NCBI GenBank assembly: GCA_048886685.1
Contig: JBHLKM010000008.1
Location: 32,001 to 96,000, forward strand
Source of the DNA: Candidatus Hodarchaeota archaeon
Lineage (GTDB): Archaea; Asgardarchaeota; Lokiarchaeia; Sigyniarchaeales; SOKP01
Length of the DNA stretch: 64,000 bases
Direction of reading: 5' to 3'
In this document: one piece after another, positions 37,359 to 47,240 of the stretch
How the letters are laid out: every line of letters starts with the position of its first letter
Position numbering within the stretch: position 1 is the stretch's first letter
Made by a program: the position numbers and the translations under genes
The notes under the pieces: model-generated
What the model saw: only the letters and a program-made list of their open reading frames with translations
Told to the model about the DNA's origin: nothing
Databases searched by the model: none

Positions 37359-39029
37359 TTAGTCTGTTGAATAGATATTTTTATATTCATTTCGCATTAC
37401 TTTTTTATCGAGTTTCCCTACACTTGTTCTTGGAAGCGATTCGATAAATAAAATCTCATCAGGGAGCTGCCATTTAGCGAAGGTATTGGAAAGATGTTTA
37501 CGGATCTCATCTTGGTCAACTGATTTATATCCTTCTCGTAATACAATTAATGCCAGAGGTCTCTCCTCCCATTTTGGGTGTGGAACTCCAACGACAGCAG
37601 CTTCAAGAACTCCTGGATGAGAGACCAATACGTTCTCCATATCGATTGAACTAATCCACTCACCACCACTTTTTATTACATCTTTTATCCTATCTGTTAT
37701 TTTTAAGTATCCTTCTGGATCAAGAGTACCTGCATCACCAGTTCTGAAATATCCATCTTCCGTAAAACTATCTTTAGTTGAAGGCGCATTGTGATAATCC
37801 GTTAAAATCCAAGGCCCTCGTAGAAGAATCTCACCAGAAAATTTCCCATCATGCGATAATTCATTCCCAACTTCATCCACAATTTTTATATCAAGCCCAG
37901 AAACAATTGTTCCTTGTTTTTTCTTAAGATTCCATATTTCTTCCTCAGATAGTTCACTTTTAAGCCAAGGTTTGAAAAAATTCAATGTCGTGATTGCCAT
38001 TGCCTCAGTGGAACCGTAAGAGTGAATTATTTCACCGCCAGTCTCATCCCATAAACCACGCATCAAAGCAATTGGAGGCTCTGAACCTCCACAAACTAAT
38101 CGAGTACTTGAAAAATTTGGTTTTTGATCCATCTTTCGTATAATTTCGAGCATAGCCATAAACACAGCAGGAACACCCCCAGAAAGCGTAACTTTTTCCT
38201 GAACCATTAAGTTTGTTAGCTCTTCAAGGTCATCCAAAGTCCATCTTCCAGAAAAAACTATTTTAGAACCTGCGTAAGCTGATGCTTGTGGTTTAGACCA
38301 TCCAAGAACATGAAACATTGGAACCAACTGAAAAACAACATCATTTACAGTCATCGATAATTGAGCCGTAAAAGCAAGTGATTGAAGATATACATAACGG
38401 TGTGAATAATAAACTCCTTTAGGCTTACCAGTTGTACCAGTTGTATAACAAGCAGCATACGCAGAATTTTCATCTAGATACGGCCATTCATAATAGGAAG
38501 AGGCATTGTTTAAAAGTTCTTCATAGCTGTAAATTGGTACCAATTTTGTTTCTATTTCACTTAAATCTTTATCAGTAATGATAATAAAACCTTTGAGCTT
38601 TTTACATGAGGGTAAAATTGATTCGGCCACATGTATTAGATCTTCATCAACAATTAAAAGTGAAGTATTTGAATGATTTACAACATATGATAAATCTTGA
38701 GGAGAAAGACGTAGATTTAGTGTGATCATTACTGCTCCCGTTCCAGGAAGCCCAAAATATATCTCAAAATGCTGATAATGGTTCCATGCTAAAACTCCTA
38801 TTCTGTCACCTACTTTAACTCCAATAGATTTCAAAGCATTAGCTAGCTGCTGCATTCTTGTATAAGAATCTTTATATGTATAGCGAAACAAACTCCCATC
38901 CATTTTTCTGCTAACAATTTCTTGTCTAGAAAAATTCCTTATTGCATGTTTCATGATATTTATAGTGTTTAATTGGTAATTTCCTCGCTGATTTGTCATA
39001 AATCCTTTCACAATCTTCATGAACTTCAC
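37359..39029 (-). CDS. Medium/long-chain fatty acid-CoA ligase (AlkK-like)
   Basis: YTTGTTGKPKGV, VPMFHV, FRTGD, DRIKDVIKSGGEWISSIDME, HPKWEERP. Confidence 0.93.
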   Translation of the reverse strand: MKFMKIVKGFMTNQRGNYQLNTINIMKHAIRNFSRQEIVSRKMDGSLFRYTYKDSYTRMQQLANALKSIGVKVGDRIGVLAWNHYQHFEIYFGLPGTGAVMITLNLRLSPQDLSYVVNHSNTSLLIVDEDLIHVAESILPSCKKLKGFIIITDKDLSEIETKLVPIYSYEELLNNASSYYEWPYLDENSAYAACYTTGTTGKPKGVYYSHRYVYLQSLAFTAQLSMTVNDVVFQLVPMFHVLGWSKPQASAYAGSKIVFSGRWTLDDLEELTNLMVQEKVTLSGGVPAVFMAMLEIIRKMDQKPNFSSTRLVCGGSEPPIALMRGLWDETGGEIIHSYGSTEAMAITTLNFFKPWLKSELSEEEIWNLKKKQGTIVSGLDIKIVDEVGNELSHDGKFSGEILLRGPWILTDYHNAPSTKDSFTEDGYFRTGDAGTLDPEGYLKITDRIKDVIKSGGEWISSIDMENVLVSHPGVLEAAVVGVPHPKWEERPLALIVLREGYKSVDQDEIRKHLSNTFAKWQLPDEILFIESLPRTSVGKLDKKVMRNEYKNIYSTD

Positions 39030-39134
39030 TTTATATTTTATTGTACTTTGAATCTTATTTGTATTAAAATTTATTATTTTTTAAATAGGTAATTTATACG
39101 TATATAAATTGCTACAGCAAATAAGTTAGGATTA

Positions 39135-39193
39135 TTGGCTGAAAATCTGAAAAACAGTTTAATAGAATCTCAATCCGCTGAGTTTCCAGCCAA
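39135..39193 (-). other. Long imperfect hairpin in intergenic region
   Basis: Minus strand UUGGCUGGAAA...UUUUCAGCCAA outer stem with inner AGCGG/CUGUU stem. Confidence 0.4.
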
Positions 39194-39296
39194 AAAACTG
39201 AAATCTAAAAAAAATAATCCCTTTTCATTTTAAATAAATTGAATTAATTTTAAGTACTAAATTAGAAGCAATAATTGCTAATATCGATAAGGTAAA

Positions 39297-40046
39297 TTAG
39301 AATAAATTAGACTTAAAATTTTGAAAATTATTTCTTTTTTTCCACCAATGTGGAATTTCCACAGGCTTTATTTCACCATAATCTAAAAGGAGAATATGAT
39401 CTTTTTCAATGGAAAATGCAAAACCCCCATTAAAGTTTACCCATCTCTCATCAGGAGGAAGAGCAAACCATCCAAATCTTAACGTCATTAAATGCCAATC
39501 ATGAGTGACATGTATATCAATGCCATTTTCAGGAGCATCTTTGAGTTGATTCCAAATAAGATGAGCAGCATTTTGAGTGTATTGTATAAACGGCGTCCAT
39601 TCTTTTGGAAGATAAAAACCTGATGCCCATCGGAGCAAAACTTCACTAAAGTGATATTTATTAATGTGTTCTAAAAAGGAATCATTATCTATTCCTATTT
39701 CATAGAGAGGTAAAAATTCTCCGATTAACTCACTCTTACCACCTATACTTTTAAATCCATTATGAATATTTTCGGCTGTTTCTTCGCATCGCCAGATAAT
39801 ACTATGAAATAATCTAATCGGTCTGCTTTTAGGTAAGCTTTCACCAAACTTCTTTGCAATTGCATGGCCTTTTGGTGTTAATCTTAATTTATGAACTTTT
39901 TCATTAATTCCCTGGGGTTCATTTCTATGAGAATGCCTTAAAACCAAAATTAACTTCGAATCTTCTGGAAATTTATTTAGGTTCTCTATAATAGCTCGAG
40001 CATGAGAAGTCCAGTTTTCTTCTTTCCAGATTTTTTCTACATCCAT
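39297..40046 (-). CDS. Histidine phosphatase family protein
   Basis: LRHS, LTPKG, RCEETA, VTHD. Confidence 0.88.
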   Translation of the reverse strand: MDVEKIWKEENWTSHARAIIENLNKFPEDSKLILVLRHSHRNEPQGINEKVHKLRLTPKGHAIAKKFGESLPKSRPIRLFHSIIWRCEETAENIHNGFKSIGGKSELIGEFLPLYEIGIDNDSFLEHINKYHFSEVLLRWASGFYLPKEWTPFIQYTQNAAHLIWNQLKDAPENGIDIHVTHDWHLMTLRFGWFALPPDERWVNFNGGFAFSIEKDHILLLDYGEIKPVEIPHWWKKRNNFQNFKSNLF

Positions 40047-40180
40047 CGTAATTCTATCGAAAATGATTTGAATTAAAAAATTAAGAAATAGATTTGAATT
40101 TTTTTATTCTTAAATTAAATTTAAGAATTGAATATAGTAGGTAGAAATAAATTTTAGTTTTAATTAAATATTAATTTCAA

Positions 40181-41443
40181 TCAAGGATATGGATTAGTAG
40201 CTTTAGGTTTTGGTTTCCTCATTTTAAGAAATTCTCCTGATTTCATTAGATCGCATGGTTTAAAATAGTCCTTTCCTGAATTTTTTGCTAACTCTTCTAA
40301 CTTAACGCAGAGATTTCCATAAATCCTTTTACCTGTTATAAAAGGACCAGGCGATTGCTCTCTTGAACCAATATACATGATATCATCAATGGTTTGATAC
40401 CCTGATATAACGCCTTCTTGTAAAAGTTTACAGCCTTCATTTATTTCAATAGCAATAATGGTTTCTAAATCAAGTAATCCCGCTTTTTTCGAACGATCCG
40501 TTTTTGGACGCCATTCCTTATTCCATTCAAAGAAGTACCTTCTCCCTTTAGGCCATTCGTAAAAACCCTTACCTGTTTTTGCTCCAAGTTCTCCTTTCTT
40601 AACCTTTTCCAGAAAAACTCCGCTTGTTATTGCAAAGTCTGGAGAAAGATATTCTTTTAAATAATTCATGCTGTCATATGCTACGTCTAGTCCAATGTAA
40701 TCCCAAGTTTCACACAATCCCATAGAATCTTTATTTAAAACGATGTCAGCATCTAATTGTTCCCATGGAATATTTTTTTCAATTGCTTTATCGGCAACCC
40801 AACTAAAGTAAAGGCCCACTGCACAAAGTAATCTATTTAAAATGAAACCTGGACTCCATTTTTCAATACGTACTATAAAACGATCACCACTAACACAGGG
40901 TAGCTTTTCTCCTAAAGCAGAGCAAATACCCCACGTTTCATTTGAAGTTTTAAAACCTTTAGTTACTTCAATTACTCTACTAGAAATAATAGGAGGAATA
41001 AAATGCATTCCTACTACTTTTTCTGGTTTTCCCGAAGCCTCTCCTAATTTAGATATATCCATAAATGAGGTATTTGATGCTATAATTGTATTTTTTGGAG
41101 CATATTCACCTAATTTTCTATATATTTCCATTTTAAGATCCAATCTTTCTGGAACGGCTTCAATTATAAAATCTGCATTTTCTACAGCTTTTTTCAAATC
41201 TAATTCCTTAACCAATCTTGCCATCAGACTTTTTGTTGTAGTACCCTCAGGTAGTTTTCCCATTTCTTCACATTTTAAGAGTCCAATTTCAATTTGTTTT
41301 GCGGCATTATCTAGTGACTCTTTTTTAATATCATTTAGAATAATTTTATTAAAACCAGCTAGTAAAACAACATGAGCAATACCATATCCCATAAATCCAG
41401 TACCAACAACAGTAATATTTTTAATATTACTAATGTCTCTCAT
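40181..41443 (-). CDS. 3-hydroxyacyl-CoA dehydrogenase
   Basis: GTGFMGYGIA, IIEAVPERLDLK, ASNTS, GMHF, PGFILNRL, GAKTGKGFY. Confidence 0.93.
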   Translation of the reverse strand: MRDISNIKNITVVGTGFMGYGIAHVVLLAGFNKIILNDIKKESLDNAAKQIEIGLLKCEEMGKLPEGTTTKSLMARLVKELDLKKAVENADFIIEAVPERLDLKMEIYRKLGEYAPKNTIIASNTSFMDISKLGEASGKPEKVVGMHFIPPIISSRVIEVTKGFKTSNETWGICSALGEKLPCVSGDRFIVRIEKWSPGFILNRLLCAVGLYFSWVADKAIEKNIPWEQLDADIVLNKDSMGLCETWDYIGLDVAYDSMNYLKEYLSPDFAITSGVFLEKVKKGELGAKTGKGFYEWPKGRRYFFEWNKEWRPKTDRSKKAGLLDLETIIAIEINEGCKLLQEGVISGYQTIDDIMYIGSREQSPGPFITGKRIYGNLCVKLEELAKNSGKDYFKPCDLMKSGEFLKMRKPKPKATNPYP

Positions 41444-41555
41444 ATTTATTGACTCTCTTTAAATTTTGAAATTAAAAATTTGCATTATTTTGATTACCTT
41501 ATAAATTATTACCTAGTATTTAATTATTATTTTCGATTCTTGCTATAGAGGAATG

Positions 41556-42482
41556 TTAGGTAATAATAGAAATGCCAAGATCCTTTAACAACGGTGTTAG
41601 AAAGCTATTAAAGAAATCCTTAATCCCAAGTGTAGTGGCCAAATATAGGTCTAAAAAGCTCTGGATCTCATGATTAATTTTCTCGATCTCTATAAAATTA
41701 TAATCTGGTTCAATTTTAATGTTATGTAAATCTAAGGGCTTCAAATGTTTCATGACTAAATAAAACATAAAGCGAATATAAGAAGTTTCTATAATATTTT
41801 CTTCTTCTTCGGATAATTCATGAACCTCATGAACAATAGTATTTCTTAATGCTCTTATATTTTCAATTAGTCTTTCCAGATCTTGAGGTAAATTTAACTC
41901 TAAAATTTTCTCTGTCATATCTTTATTTTTATAATCCTCAATCTGAGCATTGCAATAATCTTCTAAATTTGAATAAAATTGAATTAAGAATTTAAAGGCA
42001 TCAAAATTTTTGTTATGCTTCCATTCTCGATACGGATTTCCCCAATTGAGAAAATTTATTTCATCTAACGCATTTTTAATTTTGTTTTTAATATTATCAA
42101 CCTTCTGAATGAAATAATCTAGATAATCCATGTAGGGTTTCTCTTGAGGAGCAAAATTATATTTATAAGTCCTCCCAAATTCCTTAAAAGCGCCCAATTT
42201 TTTTATTAGGGATGGATCTTCCAATATTTCCTTTTTTCCAACTTCAGCAGCAAATTTGAGCATAAACCTACATTCGGGACAATAAGTTACCCATGATCCT
42301 TTAAGTGAAGAATATGGCTTAACAACAATTTGGTGTTTTTTATTCTGGAATTGCATTAGTTCACCCTTAGATTCAATTACATCATAATGAGTCTTCTCAA
42401 TATGAAATGCTTCTGGGATGAATTCGAAATTACAAATAGGGCACTTAATTTTTTTATCTGAAGGAGCTTTATTCTTTACCAT
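41556..42482 (-). CDS. Hypothetical protein: N-terminal zinc ribbon plus HEPN-like domain
   Basis: CPIC...CPEC; helical C-terminus with LRNTIVHE (Rx4H). Confidence 0.55.
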   Translation of the reverse strand: MVKNKAPSDKKIKCPICNFEFIPEAFHIEKTHYDVIESKGELMQFQNKKHQIVVKPYSSLKGSWVTYCPECRFMLKFAAEVGKKEILEDPSLIKKLGAFKEFGRTYKYNFAPQEKPYMDYLDYFIQKVDNIKNKIKNALDEINFLNWGNPYREWKHNKNFDAFKFLIQFYSNLEDYCNAQIEDYKNKDMTEKILELNLPQDLERLIENIRALRNTIVHEVHELSEEEENIIETSYIRFMFYLVMKHLKPLDLHNIKIEPDYNFIEIEKINHEIQSFLDLYLATTLGIKDFFNSFLTPLLKDLGISIIT

Positions 42483-42628
42483 GAAGTATTACACATTTTG
42501 TTGTGTGTAGGTACAAAATTAATTAATTAGATAAGATGAAATCTTCATATATTAGGTTTATCGAAAATTCATAATTTCTTTACTAAAAAAAGTAAAAAAA
42601 TATTAAAAAAAAGATATTAATGAAAATG

Positions 42629-43576
42629 TTAAATTAGAGCAAAAATCATACCCAGAATTGAGAGTACTGTAGCAATTACTAGAATTGGTATTGAAATTAT
42701 ATCAGGTTTTATCTCTTCCTTTCTGCCTTCTATCTCCTTAAGTATGGCAAATTCATGTTCCATCTTTTTATGATTAATACGTGTAATCATTGCACTTGCA
42801 AGAACCATGCTTATAGTGGTAAGAGAAACCCCTAATGAGATATAAGATGCCTTTGCTTCAAGGATGTTCGCTTTTTCTGACTTAAAATTTTTCTGATCTT
42901 GAATTTCCCTTATTTGGGTGTAAAGAAAATAGTCTAAGACGGACTCAATACCACCTCCTTCAAAAATAAAGATTTCTAGACTGGTATCGGGATCATGGGG
43001 TCGAAACTGAGGTGCTTTAAGTTGAATTAAAGGATAACTAAAATATAATCCGTAATAGTCATAAGCAGTCCAAATATAGACAGGGGACCCATATAAACTA
43101 TTATAAGTCTGCCACATCTCATAAGTAATAAAGTAGTCATAACCATCAGCTTCCTCGAACGCGATCATAAAATCATCAGTAGAGATATTAAAGTGGCGAT
43201 ATAAATGGATAATTAGGAGTGTATTTTGCATACCTTGAGCGTATATTAATAACTCAACTATTTTTCTAATATAAACTTCTCTTTCATTTGGATTTAAACT
43301 AGTATTTAGTAGATCCAACTCATTATCAACTAGTGTAGCTTCAAAACGAATATCAATTGACTTATATGTATTTGCGATATCTCTATTAGTTAAAAAGAGA
43401 GCTTTAGCTTCCATCCTTTCGAGCGTATCTTGTAGATCAGCGACTTCTTGCTTAGCTAAGTTTGCTTCAGAAGTAAGATTCTCTTGTAATAACCCTGCAA
43501 TAAAGGCAGTGCCAGAAATAAATAAAATTATTCCGTATGCTGCTAAATATTTTGTACGAAATTTCATAATTATCAA
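42629..43576 (-). CDS. Hypothetical membrane protein (1 N-terminal and 2 C-terminal TM helices, coiled-coil stalks)
   Basis: Hydrophobic segments YLAAYGIILFISGTAFIAGLL, YISLGVSLTTISMVLASAMI, IISIPILVIATVLSILGMIFALI. Confidence 0.65.
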   Translation of the reverse strand: MIIMKFRTKYLAAYGIILFISGTAFIAGLLQENLTSEANLAKQEVADLQDTLERMEAKALFLTNRDIANTYKSIDIRFEATLVDNELDLLNTSLNPNEREVYIRKIVELLIYAQGMQNTLLIIHLYRHFNISTDDFMIAFEEADGYDYFITYEMWQTYNSLYGSPVYIWTAYDYYGLYFSYPLIQLKAPQFRPHDPDTSLEIFIFEGGGIESVLDYFLYTQIREIQDQKNFKSEKANILEAKASYISLGVSLTTISMVLASAMITRINHKKMEHEFAILKEIEGRKEEIKPDIISIPILVIATVLSILGMIFALI

Positions 43577-43733
43577 CCATGCTTTTTTCTAGATTATATT
43601 TGAAATTCACAAAAGATAATTATTCTTTTAATTATTTTGAATTTGAACTTCAGTGTTAAACGAAAAATGCACTCTTTTTATGAAAAAGAAGAGATAAAAT
43701 AGAGATTATTATATTTTTTAAAATTTCTTTATC

Positions 43734-45098
43734 TTAAAAATGTATATCCTTAAGCACCGTACTCTCGTCATTTGAACTTTTTTTCTTTTCAGCTTCTTTA
43801 GTTCTCAATAATTTCTCGTATGAATAGAGTCTAGGATGTTTTTTAACATCAATATATGCAAATATAAATAGTGTAATAGATAAAATCACATTTGTAGAGC
43901 CAATTAATTGATAAGAATTTAAGAATATAAAGCCAATGGTAAATCCACCAATCTGCAAAAACCAAGCTGCTATTAAGGGACTAAGAGTTTGAGAAATCGA
44001 TTGAATGTTCGTAGTCCATCCACTAATTGTTCCTTGTTTAGCTGGTCCTACTGCTTTGGTGATATTGCTTGATATTAGTGGGTATATTGATGACATACAT
44101 AAAGCATAAGGAACCATAAATACATACAACATCCAAAGCTCATTTAAATATGGATAAATCATAAAAACAATAATATATCCAATTATACTTGAAAAGAAAA
44201 TGCGTTTCTCTCCAATTTTTCGAATAATTCGTTTCATAAGAAATAATCCATAAACCAAAAGAACAGTACCCGTTATCGACATAATTGTTCCAATAATTAA
44301 GGGTGTTGCCTGAAATCTTTCATTTAGAATATATGCAAAACTTGACCCAAATATGATAGCTATTAAAGATTGTATGAAAACTTGAGTAAAACGAATACCA
44401 ACTTCTTTACTCCAAATCTTTTGATCAATATCAGAAGCGGATTTTCTCAACTGCCTTTTTTCTTTTAAATCCTTAATTCGTGCTTTTGGCATGCTCTCAA
44501 CTAATACTGTAAGAGTAAGGATCATAGAGAGAATTGTAAGAAAATATGCAAATAACATAGGGAACCACCATTCAATATTACCCAAAATTCCCCCTAATAA
44601 GGGTCCTATTATCATACCTCCTGTGAATCCGACCATAATCTTACCCATTTGGGATGCTCGAGTTTGCGGGGTGGTTACATCCGAAATATATGCTCTTATA
44701 ATAGGGAATTGCCCACTAAAAATTCCATCTAAAATACGCCCTGCAAAAATTATAGGAATCGAATTTGAAAATGCCAATAATAGAAATGCTGCCCCTGTAC
44801 CCGCTTGGGAAATAATTAAAATCGGTTTTCGACCATATCTATCACTTAATTTTCCCCAAAGGGGTCCAAATATTAATATCGCAACAGCATTTGAAGAAAT
44901 AATAAGGCCGTACGTTAGGGCAGTAGCACCAAGATTGGCTATGACTATTCTAGGTAATAATGGCATGACCATACTGAATCCAAACACATCAACAAGGATA
45001 CTGAGAATAATTGTGAATAAAGCACGACTAGGATTTATTTGAAATTGCCCTAAATATTCTTTATGTTCTTCAGGACTAGGATAACTTTGAGTATTCAT
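43734..45098 (-). CDS. MFS transporter (TetA/DHA1-like)
   Basis: GKLSDRYGRKPIL motif A, GRILDG, GPLLGG, ~12 TM helices. Confidence 0.93.
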   Translation of the reverse strand: MNTQSYPSPEEHKEYLGQFQINPSRALFTIILSILVDVFGFSMVMPLLPRIVIANLGATALTYGLIISSNAVAILIFGPLWGKLSDRYGRKPILIISQAGTGAAFLLLAFSNSIPIIFAGRILDGIFSGQFPIIRAYISDVTTPQTRASQMGKIMVGFTGGMIIGPLLGGILGNIEWWFPMLFAYFLTILSMILTLTVLVESMPKARIKDLKEKRQLRKSASDIDQKIWSKEVGIRFTQVFIQSLIAIIFGSSFAYILNERFQATPLIIGTIMSITGTVLLVYGLFLMKRIIRKIGEKRIFFSSIIGYIIVFMIYPYLNELWMLYVFMVPYALCMSSIYPLISSNITKAVGPAKQGTISGWTTNIQSISQTLSPLIAAWFLQIGGFTIGFIFLNSYQLIGSTNVILSITLFIFAYIDVKKHPRLYSYEKLLRTKEAEKKKSSNDESTVLKDIHF

Positions 45099-45219
45099 AA
45101 TATTGTCTTAAAAAAGTAGAAAATTATGGATTAAAAAATAAAGGAACACATATAAAATTCATTAAAGTTATTTTTTGCTTTATTCTTTTTTAAGGAACCC
45201 TTTGCCATAAATGTCTAAT

Positions 45220-47064
45220 TCAAAATTTTTTAATAATTGGCATATCGATAAATGAAGTATACTTCTTATTCATTTGAATGATATATGTTGGAGTACCTTC
45301 TGTGGGATATCCATCAAACGTATCTTTATCTGCTCCTGCGATAGCAACACGAATTTTATGACCTTTGCGAATCAAAACGGAAGTAGGTAAAAGGCCAAAT
45401 GAAATTTCTGTAATTTCACCTGGAACCATAGGCATAACATCTTTCTCTCTGAATGAATGATATGGAACCATAATTTTATAGGGTCCTTCTTCTTCCAAGA
45501 TTTTACGGTGAATTAAACGTAATTGTCCTTCGGTGATATATATTACTTTTCCTTTCTCATCCACATCTTCTAAGTAAGCAAAAATTGCACCATCTTCATG
45601 TGTAGAAGTTAAATACAAGGTAATTATTGCATGTCCTGTAATTTCAGTATCACATTCCAATGGTTCGGTTGTATATGTTAACAATTTCTTATCTATTTTT
45701 GCTCTATCTTTCATTTTCAACTTTTGATCATAGTGTACATGCCAACGATTTCCTTTTCCTGTTGAGACATTGAAATCTACAATATAATGGTCTTCACCTA
45801 TCTCATTTTGAGGATTTATTTGAGATAATGAATTATTCTCAGATAGATACCATCTTTGTAAAGTATGACCTGAAGGAGGCCAATAATCTGTTTTTTTCCA
45901 TTTTTCCTCTCCCATTGTGTAATAATACAAAACTTTTTCACTAAAATTGCCTTCTAAGCATAGATCAAAAAAATCTAAACGAGCATTCTGTTGAACCCTT
46001 TGACCAGGAAAGATTTTATATTTCTTATAAAAATATGGATTGGTTTTTCGATGGTTCTCATGATCCCAATCACCAATAATTGCTCTCATAGGATTTGAAT
46101 ATGTCATGAAACGTTTTATAATATGGTCGGCAACCGCAGCGTCTAACCAGCCTCCCCATAGACAGAACGGAACGTTAGATCTTTGAATCTTCTTTCTCTG
46201 AGTATAAACACTAGCTACATCAGCAACATCTCTATAATTAATATCAATATCACGTTCATTAGTTTCATGAACATATATATTGGATTTATGCTCGTTTAAA
46301 GCTTCTTTTAAAAGTTTCTTATCGCGATCTGACTCTACAGGTTTTACACCCTTTGTAAGGAAGAACATTACAGGTTGAAGAGTAAGAAAACTTTTGCTCC
46401 TATTTTGATCTAATTGCTTATCTAGTTCTCCCCAATCTCCCATGAAATAATAATTATATACGCCTCCTGGACAGGATACTTCTAAATAAACATCCCATTG
46501 ATTGCTTATTGGGAGAATTCCTTTAACAGCAGGATGCTTTAATGAAGCTAAATATTCAGCAGCAGTTCCTAAATATGAAACGCCCATGGTAACAACATTA
46601 CCATCTGACCATGATTGCTTGATTATCCAATCAACAATTTCACCTCCATCTTTAACCTCATTTGCCGACCAAGGCCATGGTCTAACCCCAAAAGAGGCTC
46701 CAGTACCTCTAACATCAACATATACGAACGCAAATCCACGATTTATGCCAATTTTATGTAAATACTTATTAAATCCAGTTGCATAATCTTTTATAAACCA
46801 TTTAAATGGAATTCTAAATTCATAATCTCTCCAATAACGTGTCTGCAACAAAATCGTTGGAAGTCTATGTTCAGGTAAGATATTTTTTGGTAAGAAAACT
46901 TCTACAGCAATCTTCACACCATCCCTCATTGTAAGATAATAGGAGCTTTTTTTAATCCCCTTAAATGAAGTATCGCGACGTTTTAAATCTTCAAAGTAAA
47001 AAGGATTTGCCTCTAAAATACCAATCCCATTCTTATCTTTATATTTCATGAATATATAGCCCAT
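45220..47064 (-). CDS. CocE/NonD family serine hydrolase
   Basis: MRDGVKIA, DVRGTGASFG, WSDGNV, GVSYLG, C-terminal PepX-like domain. Confidence 0.92.
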   Translation of the reverse strand: MGYIFMKYKDKNGIGILEANPFYFEDLKRRDTSFKGIKKSSYYLTMRDGVKIAVEVFLPKNILPEHRLPTILLQTRYWRDYEFRIPFKWFIKDYATGFNKYLHKIGINRGFAFVYVDVRGTGASFGVRPWPWSANEVKDGGEIVDWIIKQSWSDGNVVTMGVSYLGTAAEYLASLKHPAVKGILPISNQWDVYLEVSCPGGVYNYYFMGDWGELDKQLDQNRSKSFLTLQPVMFFLTKGVKPVESDRDKKLLKEALNEHKSNIYVHETNERDIDINYRDVADVASVYTQRKKIQRSNVPFCLWGGWLDAAVADHIIKRFMTYSNPMRAIIGDWDHENHRKTNPYFYKKYKIFPGQRVQQNARLDFFDLCLEGNFSEKVLYYYTMGEEKWKKTDYWPPSGHTLQRWYLSENNSLSQINPQNEIGEDHYIVDFNVSTGKGNRWHVHYDQKLKMKDRAKIDKKLLTYTTEPLECDTEITGHAIITLYLTSTHEDGAIFAYLEDVDEKGKVIYITEGQLRLIHRKILEEEGPYKIMVPYHSFREKDVMPMVPGEITEISFGLLPTSVLIRKGHKIRVAIAGADKDTFDGYPTEGTPTYIIQMNKKYTSFIDMPIIKKF

Positions 47065-47240
47065 TTTAACTTTTAGATAAATAGAATACAGAATAGTTAT
47101 TAATAAAGATAGTAATTTTTGGGCTGGTTTAAAACCTTTAAATTATATATTTTGATAATTTAAAATTGAGACCATATTTTCATCATATTCCACATTTCCC
47201 GTTCTTTATTTAATGGATCTTCCCAAATTTTTATAATTAA

